Assembly: GCF_006345805.1 (NCBI RefSeq)
Contig: NC_043015.1
Coordinates: 33,976,001 to 34,040,000 of the forward strand
Reading direction: 5' to 3'
DNA length: 64,000 nucleotides
Origin: Octopus sinensis
Taxonomy: Eukaryota
The notes under the pieces are model-generated. The model saw only the letters and a list, made by a program, of their open reading frames with translations, searched no databases and was not told where the DNA came from. Made by a program: the position numbers and the translations under genes. Positions 39,639-54,900 of this stretch are shown piece by piece. Numbering within the stretch: position 1 is the stretch's first letter; each line of letters begins with the position of its first letter.

Positions 39639-40539
39639 TACTGTAGGACATCAATAAGTGGAATGGAAAACAAAAAAGACAAACTACAACCAAGGCTCAA
39701 ATCTAGATAACAAAATCAGCAGACTGCAATGGAACCATCAAATGCCTGTCCTTCAGTAAACATATCTGATGTTTTAACAGCAATGCATAAAACTGGAGAA
39801 TCAGAAGATGGTTAGAACAGCATCTCACAGAGACTGAGATGAATTTGATGGTCTGAAAGATATAGCTAATGATTTGTGTAAGATCTAATGGAGAAAACAA
39901 AAGGAAAATACAAAAAAGAAAAAAAATCCCTGAAAATTTACACATAATGGATGTAATAAAACTGATCATGAGAAAAATAGGTTTTATTCTTTGGAGAGAG
40001 AGAAATTCTATTATTGTGTTGTGTTCCTTCAGAGTGTGTTAACAAGTTGCTGTGAAACGCAAGTGACCTTCTTTCGGGGATCAATAGACCGTTTTTAATG
40101 GAACATTTACTTTCAGGTGTACGTTAGACAGCAAATAACTTCTAAAGACAATTCTTTAGATATTTCAAGTTTTATCAATACACAACATATTTCTGTTGGA
40201 ACAATATGTAAAGTACTGAAAGAATATAGAAAGGCAAGAACTATCAAACAACCTTGGAGGTAACATTAAAAACCATTCCACTCCAACTGAGACTAAAACT
40301 GGTTTAGCTCTTATTTACTTTTTCTTATTTCTATTTTGGTAATAAAAGGTTAAAAGTTATCTTTATCTTTCTTTAATGTTTACATTGGTGTTAGAATTAT
40401 TAGTTTATTTTTCTGTGAAAGGTGGTTTTCTTGAATTAAATGATAATGCTTTGGTAAGCATAAAAGACATAATGAAGGTAGCTGTTGATAGCAGACTGGT
40501 AAGAGTGTGAACTGGCTTGAAGGGTTAAGAGAGTTATAT

Positions 40540-40990
40540 ATATAAAACATTATATATATAAAACATCTGATTGATAGAGATAAAGTGTTGCAGACTAGTG
40601 AAATAGAGCAATGCAGGGGTTGAGAGATCTTGAGATCTGTTGATGCCTTTGATGTGTATGAGGTAATAAGGGGTTGAAAGAGAACTTCTGTACCTGTTGG
40701 TACTTATAAAATCTCTAGCAAGTGTTGTAGTGAAGGAAAGTGGTGCAATTCCAGGGAGGATGGAATCAAGGCTGGGACAAACCAAGGACATTTTAAGACA
40801 TGTGCTGGAGCTATGATAATGGTATGTGATTCGTGTGTGAAGAAATGTTGTGAGAGGGCACAGGCTACATGTGGTGAAAGGCTGCAATGGAACAATGGAT
40901 GTATGTTGTGAGATAGCAGAAAGGTTTGTATGGTCTTCCACAATCAATGCCGATGTCAACCAATCACATGACACTGAACATGTTGCACAC
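40540..40990 (-). mobile_element. Decayed CR1/L2/Jockey-type LINE ORF2 C-terminal remnant
   Basis: LQPFTTCSLCPLTTFLHTRITYHYHSS..STNRYRSSL..LQHFISIN echoes the LQPLxxRR..YYHGxCS..RTxxYxSSF..LQxFKxxIN pattern. Confidence 0.5.
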
Positions 40991-41733
40991 AATCTGCCTT
41001 TTGCAATAAAAACATGTAATGAAGGTCACATGCAGCACTGACCGTGCAAACAGAAATACATTAATAATCCTGACCAAAACTACCGTGTGATGATAATGAT
41101 GCTGGTGATAGTGGTGGTGGTGGTGATGATGATGATGAGTTATATATACATGTATGTATGTATGTATGTATGTATGTATGTATGTGTGTATGTAACTAAA
41201 CCAGTATGGCTACTGTACTCAAAACAGCACAAGGCACATAACGATAAAGTGTTTCAGTTTTAATAGCAATTTTGCTGATCTGTAGAATAATGAGTAAAAA
41301 GGAAGAATAGTAACAATGGTAAATAAACAAAGTTTCTCCAAAACTAATAAAAATAGGAGAAAGATGAAAAAAAAAAGGGGTGGGCAAGGGAAAAGAAAGA
41401 ACCTTTTTGAATGAATTTAATAAAAAAAAACAAACAGAAACAACAAAAGCCAATATTGGCTGACAGCCATTAAAATCCATTTTCAATTGAGAATATAGAA
41501 CGTACGTAAGTACGATGAGATAGCTATTTGGAGAGGAGCCAGGAGAAAACAAAAGGATGTTCACTAAATTATATGGCAGAAGTTAGGTATATATACGCAT
41601 GTGTGTATGTATATATATATATTTTTATACATTACATATATATATACATTACATACGTGTATATATATATACACACACACATATATGTACATACATAAAT
41701 GTATGTATATATGTAACTGTAGAGTCAATTACG

Positions 41734-41771
<38 letters not shown>

Positions 41772-42241
41772 TGTACATACATAAATGTATGTATATATGA
41801 AACTGTAGATTGAATTACAGTTTTACAGGATATTTACAGTGAGATTATTCCAGCTGTAGTGATGGTGATGACGATGATGATGACAACGATGATGATGATG
41901 GGTGATGACTTCCTCACTCTGACTGATTAAAAAGGCAGCATCCAATTTTAACTCTGAAAATTGTTTTCATTAAAACAGAAATATTTGTTTTGATTATTGT
42001 CAGTTGGGTTATTGTAAAAAGAAAAAACAAATGAAATTTAATTGAGAGAAAAATTAAGTACTTGCTCCATGGTTAAATTGAGTATCAATCAACTTTAATC
42101 AACCCCCATTGTCAACAATGACCCAGGTGTTACACTTATTAATTCAGCTTTCTTTTTTTACATTTGTTTTTTTTTCTTCTCATTTAACAATGGATTAAGA
42201 AGATGAGCAAATTCAGGCCTCTTTGATACATGTAATATCTA

Positions 42242-42300
<59 letters not shown>

Positions 42301-44014
42301 TTATCTGAGAGATAGATACAGAGAGATAAATATATAAATACAAAATAATGTGCAGGTGTGGCAAGAAGTTTGCTTCCCAACAATATGGTTGCAGGTTCAG
42401 TCTCACCACATGGCACCTGAGGCAAGTGTTTTCAATTATAGCCCTGGGCTAACTAAAGCCTTTTGAGTGGATTTGGTAGACGGAAACTGAAAAAAAAGCT
42501 CATTGTGTGTATGTAGCTCATTCTGCGAGCTGGCAGAAATATTAGGATGCCGGGTGAAATGCTTAGCAGTATTTTCTCTGTCTTTATGTTCTGTTTGTAA
42601 ATTAAGACTACAATGCAGTTTGTCTTATTACAAATGTATAAAATCTTGAAATTCATATTTGTGTTCCAGTCTTGAGACACTGGAATAGTTTCCTGTTACC
42701 TTATGTTGTTAATAATTGATTTAAAAATGGTCAGGTGTGATTTGAAGGAGATTTGATTTCTATATCTAGCAGCTTACAAGGCTGTGTAGAGGCCCTCTAA
42801 TGATATGGTAGTGAAAGTAGCAATTCACTGTTATCAATAGAACATCAACATTTAATGTGTGAAATTAATGGTTACCAGTGTTGCTGATAATATAAGAAAT
42901 ATGCTAAATTCCCTTGCTGCAAAATATCAATGGTGAACGCAGAGTTAAATACTGTAATACTTCCACTGATGTAACATTATTTCTCTTTCAAACTATCTTA
43001 ACAAGATGAGAAACTTTGCACTTAGCAATATTGGACAGTTTTTCATTACAGATGAAACAACTGTGGATTCTTTTCTCTGATAAGGTTTTATTTTCTAACC
43101 CTTCCAAGTTATGTACTTTCAGAATTACCTAAAATGCCCATACTATTGTCACTCTCAGTAAATTACATTACCAAAAAAAAAAAAAGAAAAAAAAGAGCCT
43201 GAAATGATAGTTACTTCATGAAATGTGCACTTAGTTATTTTACTTCAGTTTAGCCATAAGCTGAGAACATGAAAGAGTGAAAGTTAGCAATTAATAGCAA
43301 TCATAGTCCACCAATGAAAAAAAGACTTTCTTTCATATTGTAATGTCTTGTTTCCTTCAGTAAGGCAACAAGTCTCAATGCTGTTGTAAAATAATTGATA
43401 AATGAGGTAGAAGCGAGATTGGTAATATAATTGTGTTGATGATAATTTATGTAGACATACACTTGTACTTGTTAATGAAAATGCCTGGAGAGGAGAGAAT
43501 TTTAAATCTTACACTGGAGTCTGTTTTGTAAATAAATTTACTTTTGTCTTTGCAAACACAATAGGGTAAAACCAAAAATCTGCTTAAAAAGGCAGGGGAA
43601 ACAATTCAGCAACCACCTCTAGTTACTGTTTTAATATTAATCTGAATGTAATATCAGTTCATAGAACTAGTTTTATCACCAAAGATTGTCTTAGAATTTG
43701 CCTCTGCTTTGTTTTGGCCATTAACAACCGAAGAGTGAAATCCAAACGTACACAGTAATATTTAATGCCAATATCTTACAAGAGGATGACACTGTTTTTC
43801 TGCCACCATGTGAGAATGGTGTGTCTTAAATAGACACCAGATGCACAAATGGACACCAAGTATGAGGTACGTTTGGATGACTCTAATCAAGCTGAGAAAC
43901 AGTGCTGCCAAGACCATTACTACTCAGTTCAGTTAGACTTCCTACTGTGGATGGGTGTGTATGTGTAAGAGCATGAGTATATGTTTGTGTGTATGTCCCA
44001 CACACGCACACAGC

Positions 44015-44610
44015 TGTGGGACATAGATGCTGTATAAGAGGCAAATGCGAGTACTTGACCAGTTCCACCTCCACTGCTTGCGACAAATCATGGGAATTTC
44101 CTGGGAGGACAGAGTCTCCAACACTGAGGTGCTTTGCAGAGCTGAAATAAAATGCCCGGGATCAAAGCTCTCATCATGAAGGCCCAGCTCCGGTGGGTTG
44201 GACATGTGGTCCGAATGGATGACGCGCATCTACCAAAGACGATCTTCTTCTCTGCACTGGCTACTGGAACAAGAAACCCCGAAAGGCCACTGAGGCGATA
44301 CAAGGACAGCCAGAAAACTTCCCTTGAGACCTGCGACATTTCAGCCCGTGGCTGGGAATCGCTTGCCTCTGACTGCGGTGCCTGGCATCCAGCTGTCCAA
44401 AAGGGTGATAGGCTGTTTGAGGAAAAGCGCCTCAAGTGCCTGGACCAGAAGCGCCAAGCCCCAAAAGAGAGGATCCCCAACCCTACTTCTGCTGTCACGT
44501 GCCCAACATGTAGCCACATCTGCGTATCCACCTTTGGGTTCTGCTCCCACCTCTGGCATCACTGACGTCATTGTCAAACCCCGACAGACTTCCTTTATTA
44601 TTATTATTAC
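44015..44610 (+). mobile_element. 5'-truncated RTE (BovB-like) LINE 3' end with C-terminal C2H2 finger
   Basis: LYKRQMRVLDQFHLHCLRQIMGISWEDRVSNTEVL/MPGIKALIMKAQLRWVGHVVRMDDAHLPK..RPLRRYKD..CPTCSHICVSTFGFCSHLWHH*, followed by a (TTA)n tail. This is a different RTE lineage from the element at 10341-12237. Confidence 0.92.
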
Positions 44611-44834
44611 TATGTATGTAGTATGTATGTGTGTGTGTGTATGTATGCATGCAATGGATGTCTTCAAATAGACATTTGTTTATTATCAGTGAATGAAATT
44701 AAATTATTATTATTATTACCCTTGTGATGTGTATAAATTCTTGTCATTGCTCTTTCATTCCCTGTCATTGCTGTAAGCTGGCATAGAATTGATATTCTCT
44801 TCTACTTCAGTACAACAATAAATAACAACCACCA

Positions 44835-44980
44835 CCACCACCACCAGGTGGAGGAGAAGGAGAAGAAGAAGAAGAAGAAGAAGAAGGGAGGAGGAGAAGA
44901 AGAAGAAGAAGAAGAAGGGGGGAGAAGAAGAAGAAGAAGAAGAAGGGGGGGAGGAGAAGAAGAAGAAGAAGAAGAAGACA
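44835..44980. repeat. (GAA/GGA)n purine tract
   Basis: Directly visible. Confidence 0.95.
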
Positions 44981-46309
44981 GGACTCAATCCTAGTGTCTC
45001 ACTCAACACCACCATCCCATCCTTTGTCAGCTGCTACAGAAAGCAAGAAGAGGGAAATCCAAAATATCTGCTGTTGTGTTTGTCTTGTCATTTGGATAAA
45101 GGACACAATTGGTGCCAAAACGTTTTGAAGCAATTCATCCCCAATTAATGATTAATTGTTTAACACAGAGAAAATAAATGAATATAAACCATAAGAAAAA
45201 ACAGTGAATTGCATGATATATACTACATGTGTATTGTCATTGTCATTACCATCATTGTTTTAAGTCTAGTTTTCTATGCTTGAATGGCTCAGACAAAAGC
45301 ATATTAGAGCAGAGCACTTCTGCAGTTGGGTTCCCTTCTGGGCACCAACCCTGTGCTTGTTTCCAAGGGAGGTGATTACCTCCCAGTCTATCAAACAACA
45401 AATAGCCCAGACATATTTATGTGGAGAACTGGAAACAAACAACTGTATGAATGAGCTTTTTGCTTACAAAGGCTGTGCAGCTTGTCAAGAAACTTGGGAG
45501 ATATTTTCATGATTGACTGCAAACAAATGTCACCATTTATGAAATCACTGCTTACAATCGACAAATAAATACACACATCGATGAGAAAATATGAACTCTC
45601 TCTCACACACACAGACAGACAAACACACACAGACAAATAGACACACATATGTGACAGATTTCTTTCAGTTTCTGTAAACCAAATTCATTCACAAGGCCTT
45701 GGTTAGCTTGAGACTATAGTAGAAGACACTTAATTCCAGGTGCTGTGTAGTGGGATTGAACCCAAAACTACAGCCATCACTCACAAGTGAGTATGAGCTG
45801 GCAGCAAGTACCATGCTTTAGCCAATTGTTTTAAGTATCTATGAAGAAGATTCTTCTACCTCTTTGACTCATTGAAACATTGATGAGGGGACAGCTGGAA
45901 GGAGAAAGGGCTGCATCAGGATTAACTTGAAGCTCGTTTTTAGCCAAATTGTTTACACAGTATGAAACAACAAAAGTTACTACTGCAGAAATAACTACAG
46001 CCACAAACAAATATGAGAACTACATTAGTATCAAAAGATGTAGAGCAATCCCTTAGTCCAACTGGTGCATTACCAGAAATAGGAAACACTAATTTCCAAA
46101 ATCTGTAAGGGAGAGAGAGGGAGAGATGTGGTTCATTCTTTGTTATGATGGCTCAGTGAGGAGGATGAGACACTCCCTATAAACACTGTTCCAAGACCTC
46201 TAAAACTGGTGAAGTAGATATAATTATGTTCAGTTACAACATCTATAAATTGATATTTTCAAGAAAAACATAGGCAGGAATAGAATCCCAGGAGTTTGAT
46301 GCTCTGGTG

Positions 46310-46385
46310 CAACAGTCACCAACCATTTTTGGCACCACAGACAAGTTTCATGCAAGACAATTTTTTTTCATGGACTGAAGGATCA
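46310..46385 (+). mobile_element. hAT/Charlie-type MITE left-end fragment
   Basis: CAGTCACCAACCATTTTTGGCACCACAGACAAGTTTCATGCAAGACAATTTTTTT resembles the common hAT MITE end CAGTGGTCCCCAACCTTTTTGGCACC..GAAGACAATTTTTCC. Confidence 0.5.
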
Positions 46386-47182
46386 TCTTCACAACAAAAC
46401 ACAATAATATGCATAATATATAATTTAATTATTATACAATACATATATGGCTGTGTGCTAAGAAGTTTGCTTTTCAACCACATGGGCCTGGGTTCAGTCC
46501 CACTGCAGGGTACCTTAAGCAAGTGTCTTCTACTATAGCTTCAGGTCGATCAAAGCCGTGCAAATAAATTTGGTAGGTGGAAAGTGAAGTCAATGAAGGA
46601 AATATTCATGAAATGTTTATAGATTAATGTTATCTGCAAGAATTGTGCCATATATTGTATGTCATGATATTTTAGGACTAAGGTAAGGGAAAATATGAGA
46701 GTCACAGCAAGGTAAGTTATTTGGGCGTTGGTCTTAATGGCAAACAGCTGGTGTACTATATCCTGTAAACTATGTCCTTAGTAAAGACACTTTCACTGCC
46801 TCTGAATAATGAGGATGTAAATAACATCACTGACCTCATCTACTTCAGTAAGTACCATGTAAATAGGTACTATGGGGAGTTCGGTCCACTTTGATAGTAT
46901 GATAGGGAAATAATAATTTACGGTGCAAATCCTTCTTAAGATGTCATACATTTGACACAGGAATATATATGACACAGTGCTGAAGTATCATGGATAGATA
47001 ATGAAATAAATATGGTAATTAGATTAATCACTGATAGTTAGGATAATGATGAACAACTGGGATAACTATGGGTAGCCAGGATAAGTTCAAGAAACCCCAC
47101 TTTCTGCACAGGATACATTTCAGTGTCAAATCAAATTTATAAGAGTAAATTCAGTCAATATATACCACACTCAAAGCTGCAA

Positions 47183-47392
47183 GACAGCAGAATTATTAGC
47201 AATGCTGGGTAAGGTGCTTAGCAGCATTTCATCCATCTTTGTGTTCTGAGTTCAAATCCTGCCTAGGTCAGCTTTGTCTTTCATCTTTTTGGGGGTCAAT
47301 AAAATAAGTACCAGTCAACAACTGGGGCTGATATAATTGACTTATACTCTTCCTTGAACTTGCTGGCCTTGTGCCAAAATTTGAAACCAATA
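47183..47392 (+). mobile_element. SINE family B
   Basis: Colinear with 32022-32230. Other copies lie at about 1-55(-), 3925-4030(+), 4190-4392(-), 12240-12420(+), 20390-20520(-), 21545-21745(-), 25095-25275(-), 26855-27040(+), 35032-35230(+), 48575-48770(+), 50960-51130(-) and 56810-56920(-). Confidence 0.88.
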
Positions 47393-50300
47393 TATACCAC
47401 ACCCCAACAATACCAAGACATCTAACTTAGCTTTCTGAAGCCTCGATTATGGTTACTCAACTTCAGTCAACTTACAAAAAATAGCAGTTAAATCCCTATC
47501 AAAAATCACAACTTACTGTCATAGGAAAGAAACATTGGACAGAATGGAAAAACAAAATGGTCATGGCTGGGTGAGATATGACCTAGGGTTAAACATTAAC
47601 TATACGTAGACATAATAATGATGATGATGATGATGATGAGAAAGAGAATGATGAAACGTGCCAAGCAAAGACAATGTAAAAAAAAACAGAAAATGAGAAG
47701 GAGCAGGATGTAGTGTTGTTGTTGTTGAAGCAAAGGTCATCTCTGGTTGAACAGAATGACAATGGAAAGCATTCCATCCTGTCTTTTTAGAGCTATGTGT
47801 AACGGTATTATCTAATGCGCCCTTCCTTTCAATATGATGGTAGGGTGTGATTTGAGCAAGATTCAAGTGCCATTGCTAGCAGATTAAGAGGCTACACAGA
47901 GGCTTACAAGATAGATGATGATGATGATGGTGGTGGTGGTGGTGGTGGTGATAATGACAATTATGATAGTGACAGTAGGAGGAGTGAGAGTAACCATGGT
48001 GGTAGCAATGGATGTTGAAGTAATATCAATTATAACCGAGATGATGATAGTGATGCAGCTGCCAGTGTTGGAACATGGTGATGCTAGTGGTGATATCTTA
48101 ACGAACCAAATGAACTAGTTCTATCAAAACCGACATCTAATCAAAACTAGGTCTCATCTCAAATTTTCAAAAATAATTCCATATTTCCTCTGCATTTCTC
48201 TCCCTCGGGGTAAAATTGTCGCTATCTCTCTGCACTTCCAGTACTTGTGCCCCAGGTTCTACATTGATTACTGTACCAATTCCCCCACACACTTACCCTT
48301 CATTACCTACAACAGAAATACAGGAAGCTGTACACTGGAGCATGTTCCCTTCAAATACATCATCTTGCAGCAGCAGCAATTGTTAGACAAATGCAAATAG
48401 AGTGAGCAATTATTTTGATGTTACTTTGTACTAGTTTTAAAACCACTGTCAGCACCAAAGTTGCAGCTGCTGTCAGCACCATTTCTATTAGCATTATGGG
48501 CAACCCCATACCTATCCCATACCTATTATTTCAGCCGCCACCATAAAGGCGGCAAGCTGGTAGAATCACTACTGTTCCGGAAAAAAGGTTTAGTGGCATT
48601 TCTCCGACTTAACATTCTGAGTTCAGATTCTACTAAGGTTGACTTTGCTTTCCTCCTTTTTGCGGGGGGTGGGGTCAATAAAATAAGTACTAGTTGAACA
48701 CTGGGGTTGATGTAATTGACTCACCCCCCCTCGCCGAAATTGCTGCCTTGTGTCAAAATTTGAATCTGTTATTTCAATCACCACCACAAACACCATGACT
48801 ACTACCACCAACACAGTCAACCTACACCTACCGTCACCACTGTTAAATCAGTCTCTGTCAACACTTCACAGTTTTGTGGGACCCTGTGAAGTAAACTTCT
48901 TGACCATTTGCCAGAAGTGTACCTATTACACACACACACACAGTTAACCAATCCTTGTGGCTCAGTAATTTAATGATTAAGGAATACAATGAAAATATCG
49001 ATGATAAACCCACACCATAACTGCAATCTTCAGTTTCCTAATAGTAAATGCTTTCTAAATTCTTTACTTGTTTCAACTAATATGGTTACATAGCAAACTG
49101 GCAGTGAAACTTGACTTCAAATGCTGATTAGAAAGAAAGGTTTTATATCCAACCCATTCACAGAAGTAGAAAATGATAATTTTAGGTTTCCCTCCCTATT
49201 ATTGATGAAATCAGTGAACAGTTTATGGTTTCACCAGTGAAGAATTTGGACAAAGGAACAATAGAGAAACATGGAAAATGAAGCCATGTATTCCAGACAC
49301 TCTTGCAAGACTGGATATAAGCAAGAATACAACAGCTAACGAGGGGAATAATAATTTCATTGATGGCACCAACGTTATACTGACACAGCAGTCAAGCAAG
49401 CAATATTCATGATAATAAAATTATTTGGCAAGAAATATTTCAGAAGCCAGTGTCAATATGGTAGTTAATTCAAACAGTACATAGTGATTTCAATTCAATT
49501 CAATAAAATTTTATGGTCATTATATTTCCGAGAAAATGTGATCGTCGTCTAGATCATAGCAAGGATTCATACACTACTGAAATAACAAACATACTCTTAC
49601 ATACAGGACGATATTGTTGCAATAATGTCAATAGTCATCCTGAATTGCATCGAAGGAAGGGAAGGGTCACTTGGTTGGTTATCACTCTATCTCTAACAGA
49701 CACACTTCAGACTCTGGGCCACAGGTCTGCTGACTCCCCTCTCTAGCTTTTCTACTTCTAACATAACAGCTTCCATTCCTTGGGGCTGGTTGGTCTCACA
49801 GGTCCATCAATCAGGCACCCCACCCCAACACAATAATCTCTCTACCTCTTGGCACTTTTGGTATCTTTTATCCTTTACTTGTTTCAGTCATTAGGCTGCG
49901 GCCAAGCTGGGGCACTGCCTTGAACAATTTTTAGTCAAATGAATCAACTAAGGTACTCTATTTTTTAAACCTGGTACTTAATTTTTCAGTCTCTTTTGCT
50001 AAACCACAAAGTTATGGGGATGTAAACATACCAGATTCAATTGTCAAGGGAACAAACACAGATTCAAGACATGACCACAGTATAAGCTAGATAATGTGTG
50101 TGTGTGTATATAATGTATATAAGTATTTATGTAAGTATGTATGTAAGCTGTATAATGAAACAAATAAAGTGAAAATACACAATCATTCTGAAAACCTTCT
50201 CAAGCATTATCAACTAATAGTTGATAATAGCATTATTAAATAATAATTTCTAATGTATGTACAAAGAGTAATAGAAAGTTCATTAAATAATCTCCAGTGT

Positions 50301-51422
50301 TTAACTGTAATTATTTCATAGACTATGGATGGCTGAAAAGCAAAGTTCTGAATTCAATCCTAGGCAAGGCACTAAGGTGAATCACAAGACACCTGTGGAA
50401 GGCCTGAATGTACACAACCGAGATGTAGTGAAAGCAATAACTCTAATACATAATATCAAATAATTCCTCATCTCAGAATTATATTATCCAACCAGTACAG
50501 AGCCAACGTAAGACATCAGTGGAAGTCTATAAACCTTAAAAAAATTTACTCTAACATTTCCTATGGGCATAGCGTAGTGGATGAAGGCACTGGTTAATGT
50601 AGTGTAGTCATTGGAGGTTTTGAGTTCAATCTCAAACAAGGCATTAAAGGTGAATCACAAGACACTTCAAAAACCTGGAACATACACAGCTTAAGTTTAG
50701 TGAAAACAACAACCAAGATGAGGACACCACTTTAACATAATATATAAAATTCCTCATCTCAGAAATATAGAATTGTAAAATAATAATATCTGATTAAAGT
50801 ACAAGGCCAGTAATTACAAAAAGAAAATTACAAAAGAAAATTACATAAAAAATTACAACAAAAAGATTACATGAATTGTAAAATAATAATATTAGATTAA
50901 GGCACAAGACCAGTAATTAAATAAAAAAAATACATAGAAAATTACAAAAAACAAATTACATGTTGATACCATGAACCACAGTACTTAGACTGGTACATTA
51001 CTATATCAACTCCAAAAATACAAATGCAAAGTGACCTTGGCAGGAATTGAACTCAGAATGTAAAGAGGTGGAAAAATACTGCAAAGCATTTTTTTCTGAT
51101 GCTCTAACAATTCTGCCAGTTCGCTGCCTAAACAACAATAATATAATAGATCAAATTAACTGAATATGGAAGAGAAAGGAAAGCGAATTCTTCAGAATAG
51201 GAATCCTTCAAAACAAATGAAAGATCTTCAATATTTGTAGAATAATGGAGCAAAGATCAGTAAAAGAATGATTATTAGAAAAGTACTGGAATAACAGAAT
51301 AACAGTTAGAGACAAATCGATGAGGATGCCATCACTATATTTGGTGAATGTTTGGCATTAGTGGCTAAATCTGGCAACTGCCATTACTGTTGCAGACCAA
51401 TCATGCATAAACTGATCAGAGG

Positions 51423-51905
<483 letters not shown>

Positions 51906-54900
51906 ATGTGAAAGAAGGAATCCCAAAATAGAAATATGCTCTGTTTAAAAATATTCCTTCAGAAAATATGATTTCATGACAAACTGCATTCACAACAGCA
52001 GCAACAACACAATTACAACACAGACATATTGGAAATGTCTATCCAACAGCTGGACATTGTAACAATGGAACAATTCTAAGGTGAAATCATCATGGCAGTG
52101 TGCAACTAGACCAAACCTTTGAATTACTTCAGCTAACAAGCTTCTATACAGTTTCTGTCAATCTAATTTCAGTCACAAGGTGTGGGTAAACCTGAGGCTT
52201 TGTAGGCACGCATACGTACATCAATACTACCAACAAAATGTATTACAAGCTATGACAGAATCCCTATGTCATCGCTCAACCCTACAAAAATTCATAGTAA
52301 AATCTACCATAAATCACATTTTATGATCTTCAAAAAAGGACAAATAAGATAATGCAATTCTAGATACATATCGTTATCATCGTCGCCGTTTAACGTCCAC
52401 TTTTCATGTTGGCACAGGTTGGATGGCTTGACTGAGGACTGGTGAGCCAGAAGGCTGCACCAGGCTAAAAGATAGGCTGGTTATGGCTGAAATACCTCTG
52501 ACTATATCAGTTCGCTGGTTCAGGGTTGACCTGGTGTTGATGACAAGTGTATTGTAGCCATATTATGTTGACAAAAACTTGATATAGAATAAAAAGGTAA
52601 TTTCTTATTTTTCATGCTCTAAGAACTGTAGTTACTCCATGGAACCTAACATTCTAGATGTGGATTCCAAATTCCGAATGCATTAACTCACTCTGTAAGG
52701 TGATCGGTATTAGGAAGGGCATCCAGCCATAAAAACCATGCCTAAACAGACAGTGGAGCTTGGTGCTGTCCTCTGGTTTGCCAACTCCTGTCAAACCATC
52801 CAACCCATGCCAACATGGTTGTTAAATGATGATGATGATGATGATGATAAGGACCCAACTCTAAGATAAGTGTATCCAAGATATTTGAAATGGTGAATAT
52901 TAGATTTTTCACAACTTCCTTGCATCAACTGTATTTTCTTTCCAGAGATGTACAGCATCACCAAAACACCTACTGCTTGTTCTCTGTCTAACACACACAA
53001 ACACAAACGCATAATACATCAGGGATGTTTTCTAAAAACAGTTTACGACAGAAGACATTTTCTCAATGTTTTATGAATTCTCTGAATGACCATATAACCT
53101 CGCATTTGCAATGTCTTCAGATTCTGGCATAAAATATAAATTCTGATTTTATGCCACTCTGTGCTAGGAGGGGGCAGGCCTTAGAGTGGAATAAACATTT
53201 ATCACTAGCCATCAGTGAAATGTGACAGCGCTATTAATATGAGAAACTAGTTTCTCTGCTGCACTCACACTTTGCTAGATTTGTCCTACCCATACTGTAG
53301 AACAGACTTCTGATGCAACCACTTTTCACAACACTGTCACTCCACCCACTCAATATTATATATATATAGAAAATGAATGAATGTCAGAAGTTTCCATTAG
53401 TAGAATAGTTTCTTTTGTGGTAACTCTGATGAATTAACTGCAGTAGCAGAAAAATACTTATCCCTACACCATCACCGACAATGGACTCCAAACTACCACT
53501 GACAATAGCAAGACATTCATTAGAAGTGACTTGAACAAACACTGACAATGACAACAAACACTGACAATGACAACAAACACTGACAAATTGTATCTTTTTG
53601 TTGTCAAGTGTCTAATGAAAAGGTTAGAATTTCTTCCCTTTCAGGATGAAGTTATATTCAGAATATTTTCGCATTATGCACCGTTTTGGATATTTATACC
53701 CCCCCCAACCCCAAATATCTCAATAACTACTAGTCCAATTTATGTGATACTTGTTTTCGTTTGTATTGACATTTCAGGGGCAACTTAATTCATAGAATTT
53801 CCCCATTATGCGCCAGTTTGGCTGTGTAAAATTGCAAGCAAGCAAGTAAGATTGAACTTCACTATTATAAGTATATAGATATTGGCATGGTCTGTTCACA
53901 CTTGTTCCTTTTCTATTTAAAATATTCAGGATGGTAAGAAGAGTTATGTTAAAAGTACAAACTTCAGCCAAAAGAAGTTGGGAGACAAAGGTGAAGGAAG
54001 TTATGTAAAATTTATACATGGGACAGTAACCAGGAAAAAAAGTTTTATTAAAAGATTCATGAAGTCATGAAGATATTGACAAAACTCAGACAGTATTTTC
54101 TTAATTACTCTATTATTAGATATCTTATACATATTTGAAAGGGTACAACATGTCTGAATGCTGAATCACAGGTTTATATTCCATTGTAGATATTTTATTG
54201 AGTCCCGGGAGATATGGATATTAATCTCAATATAGTTGCCCCTAGTTACCTCTGTGTTCTCACATAAAGGTAATGATAAGGACTAATAAGCACTGTTCTT
54301 ACCCCTTTAGGAGCAAAAGAAAGAAAAAAAAAATCTATGTAAACATTATCATATCATTCAGTTGGTTAAATATGGAATCTGGGGTGTAGGACATTGTAGA
54401 GGTATTAAGAAATAGATGGGGTTCAACTGGGCCAATGCAGGGAACTACACAAGTTAATTCAGAAGGGTTGTAGCAACTATTACTGAAGCAGTAGAAAAGA
54501 TAGAAGGATAATGAGGTAGTAGGTTGGTGAGTGAAGGCTTACCTATTTAAGCCAGGTGGTGTTTATCTTGCAAATGGGTCCAAATGGATTAGTTGCATAG
54601 CACAGGGTGATGTGGAAATAAGTATGATTAAGTTTTACACCTGAAGTGCTTTCTATCTCTGAAAATAAAACCCAGCTTTTGGGAAGAGGTTCAACATGTG
54701 TGTGTGTGTGTATATGCATGCACACACGTGTGAGTATGTGCATCTGTGCAAATATGTGTGTTTGTATATGTACAGACAGACACAGACACCACACATTTTG
54801 GACCCATGCAGTTAGGGGATTCATTCCCACTGCATAGAGGTTGTCAGCTGGTGTCCTCCACTAATGCCATGGCTTGAGCAATGTCCTACAAATGAAAATG

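Noticed and set aside
39703-39969. 88-aa minus ORF with a good acceptor
   Set aside because: There is no credible donor or phase link to the exon at 38531-38657.
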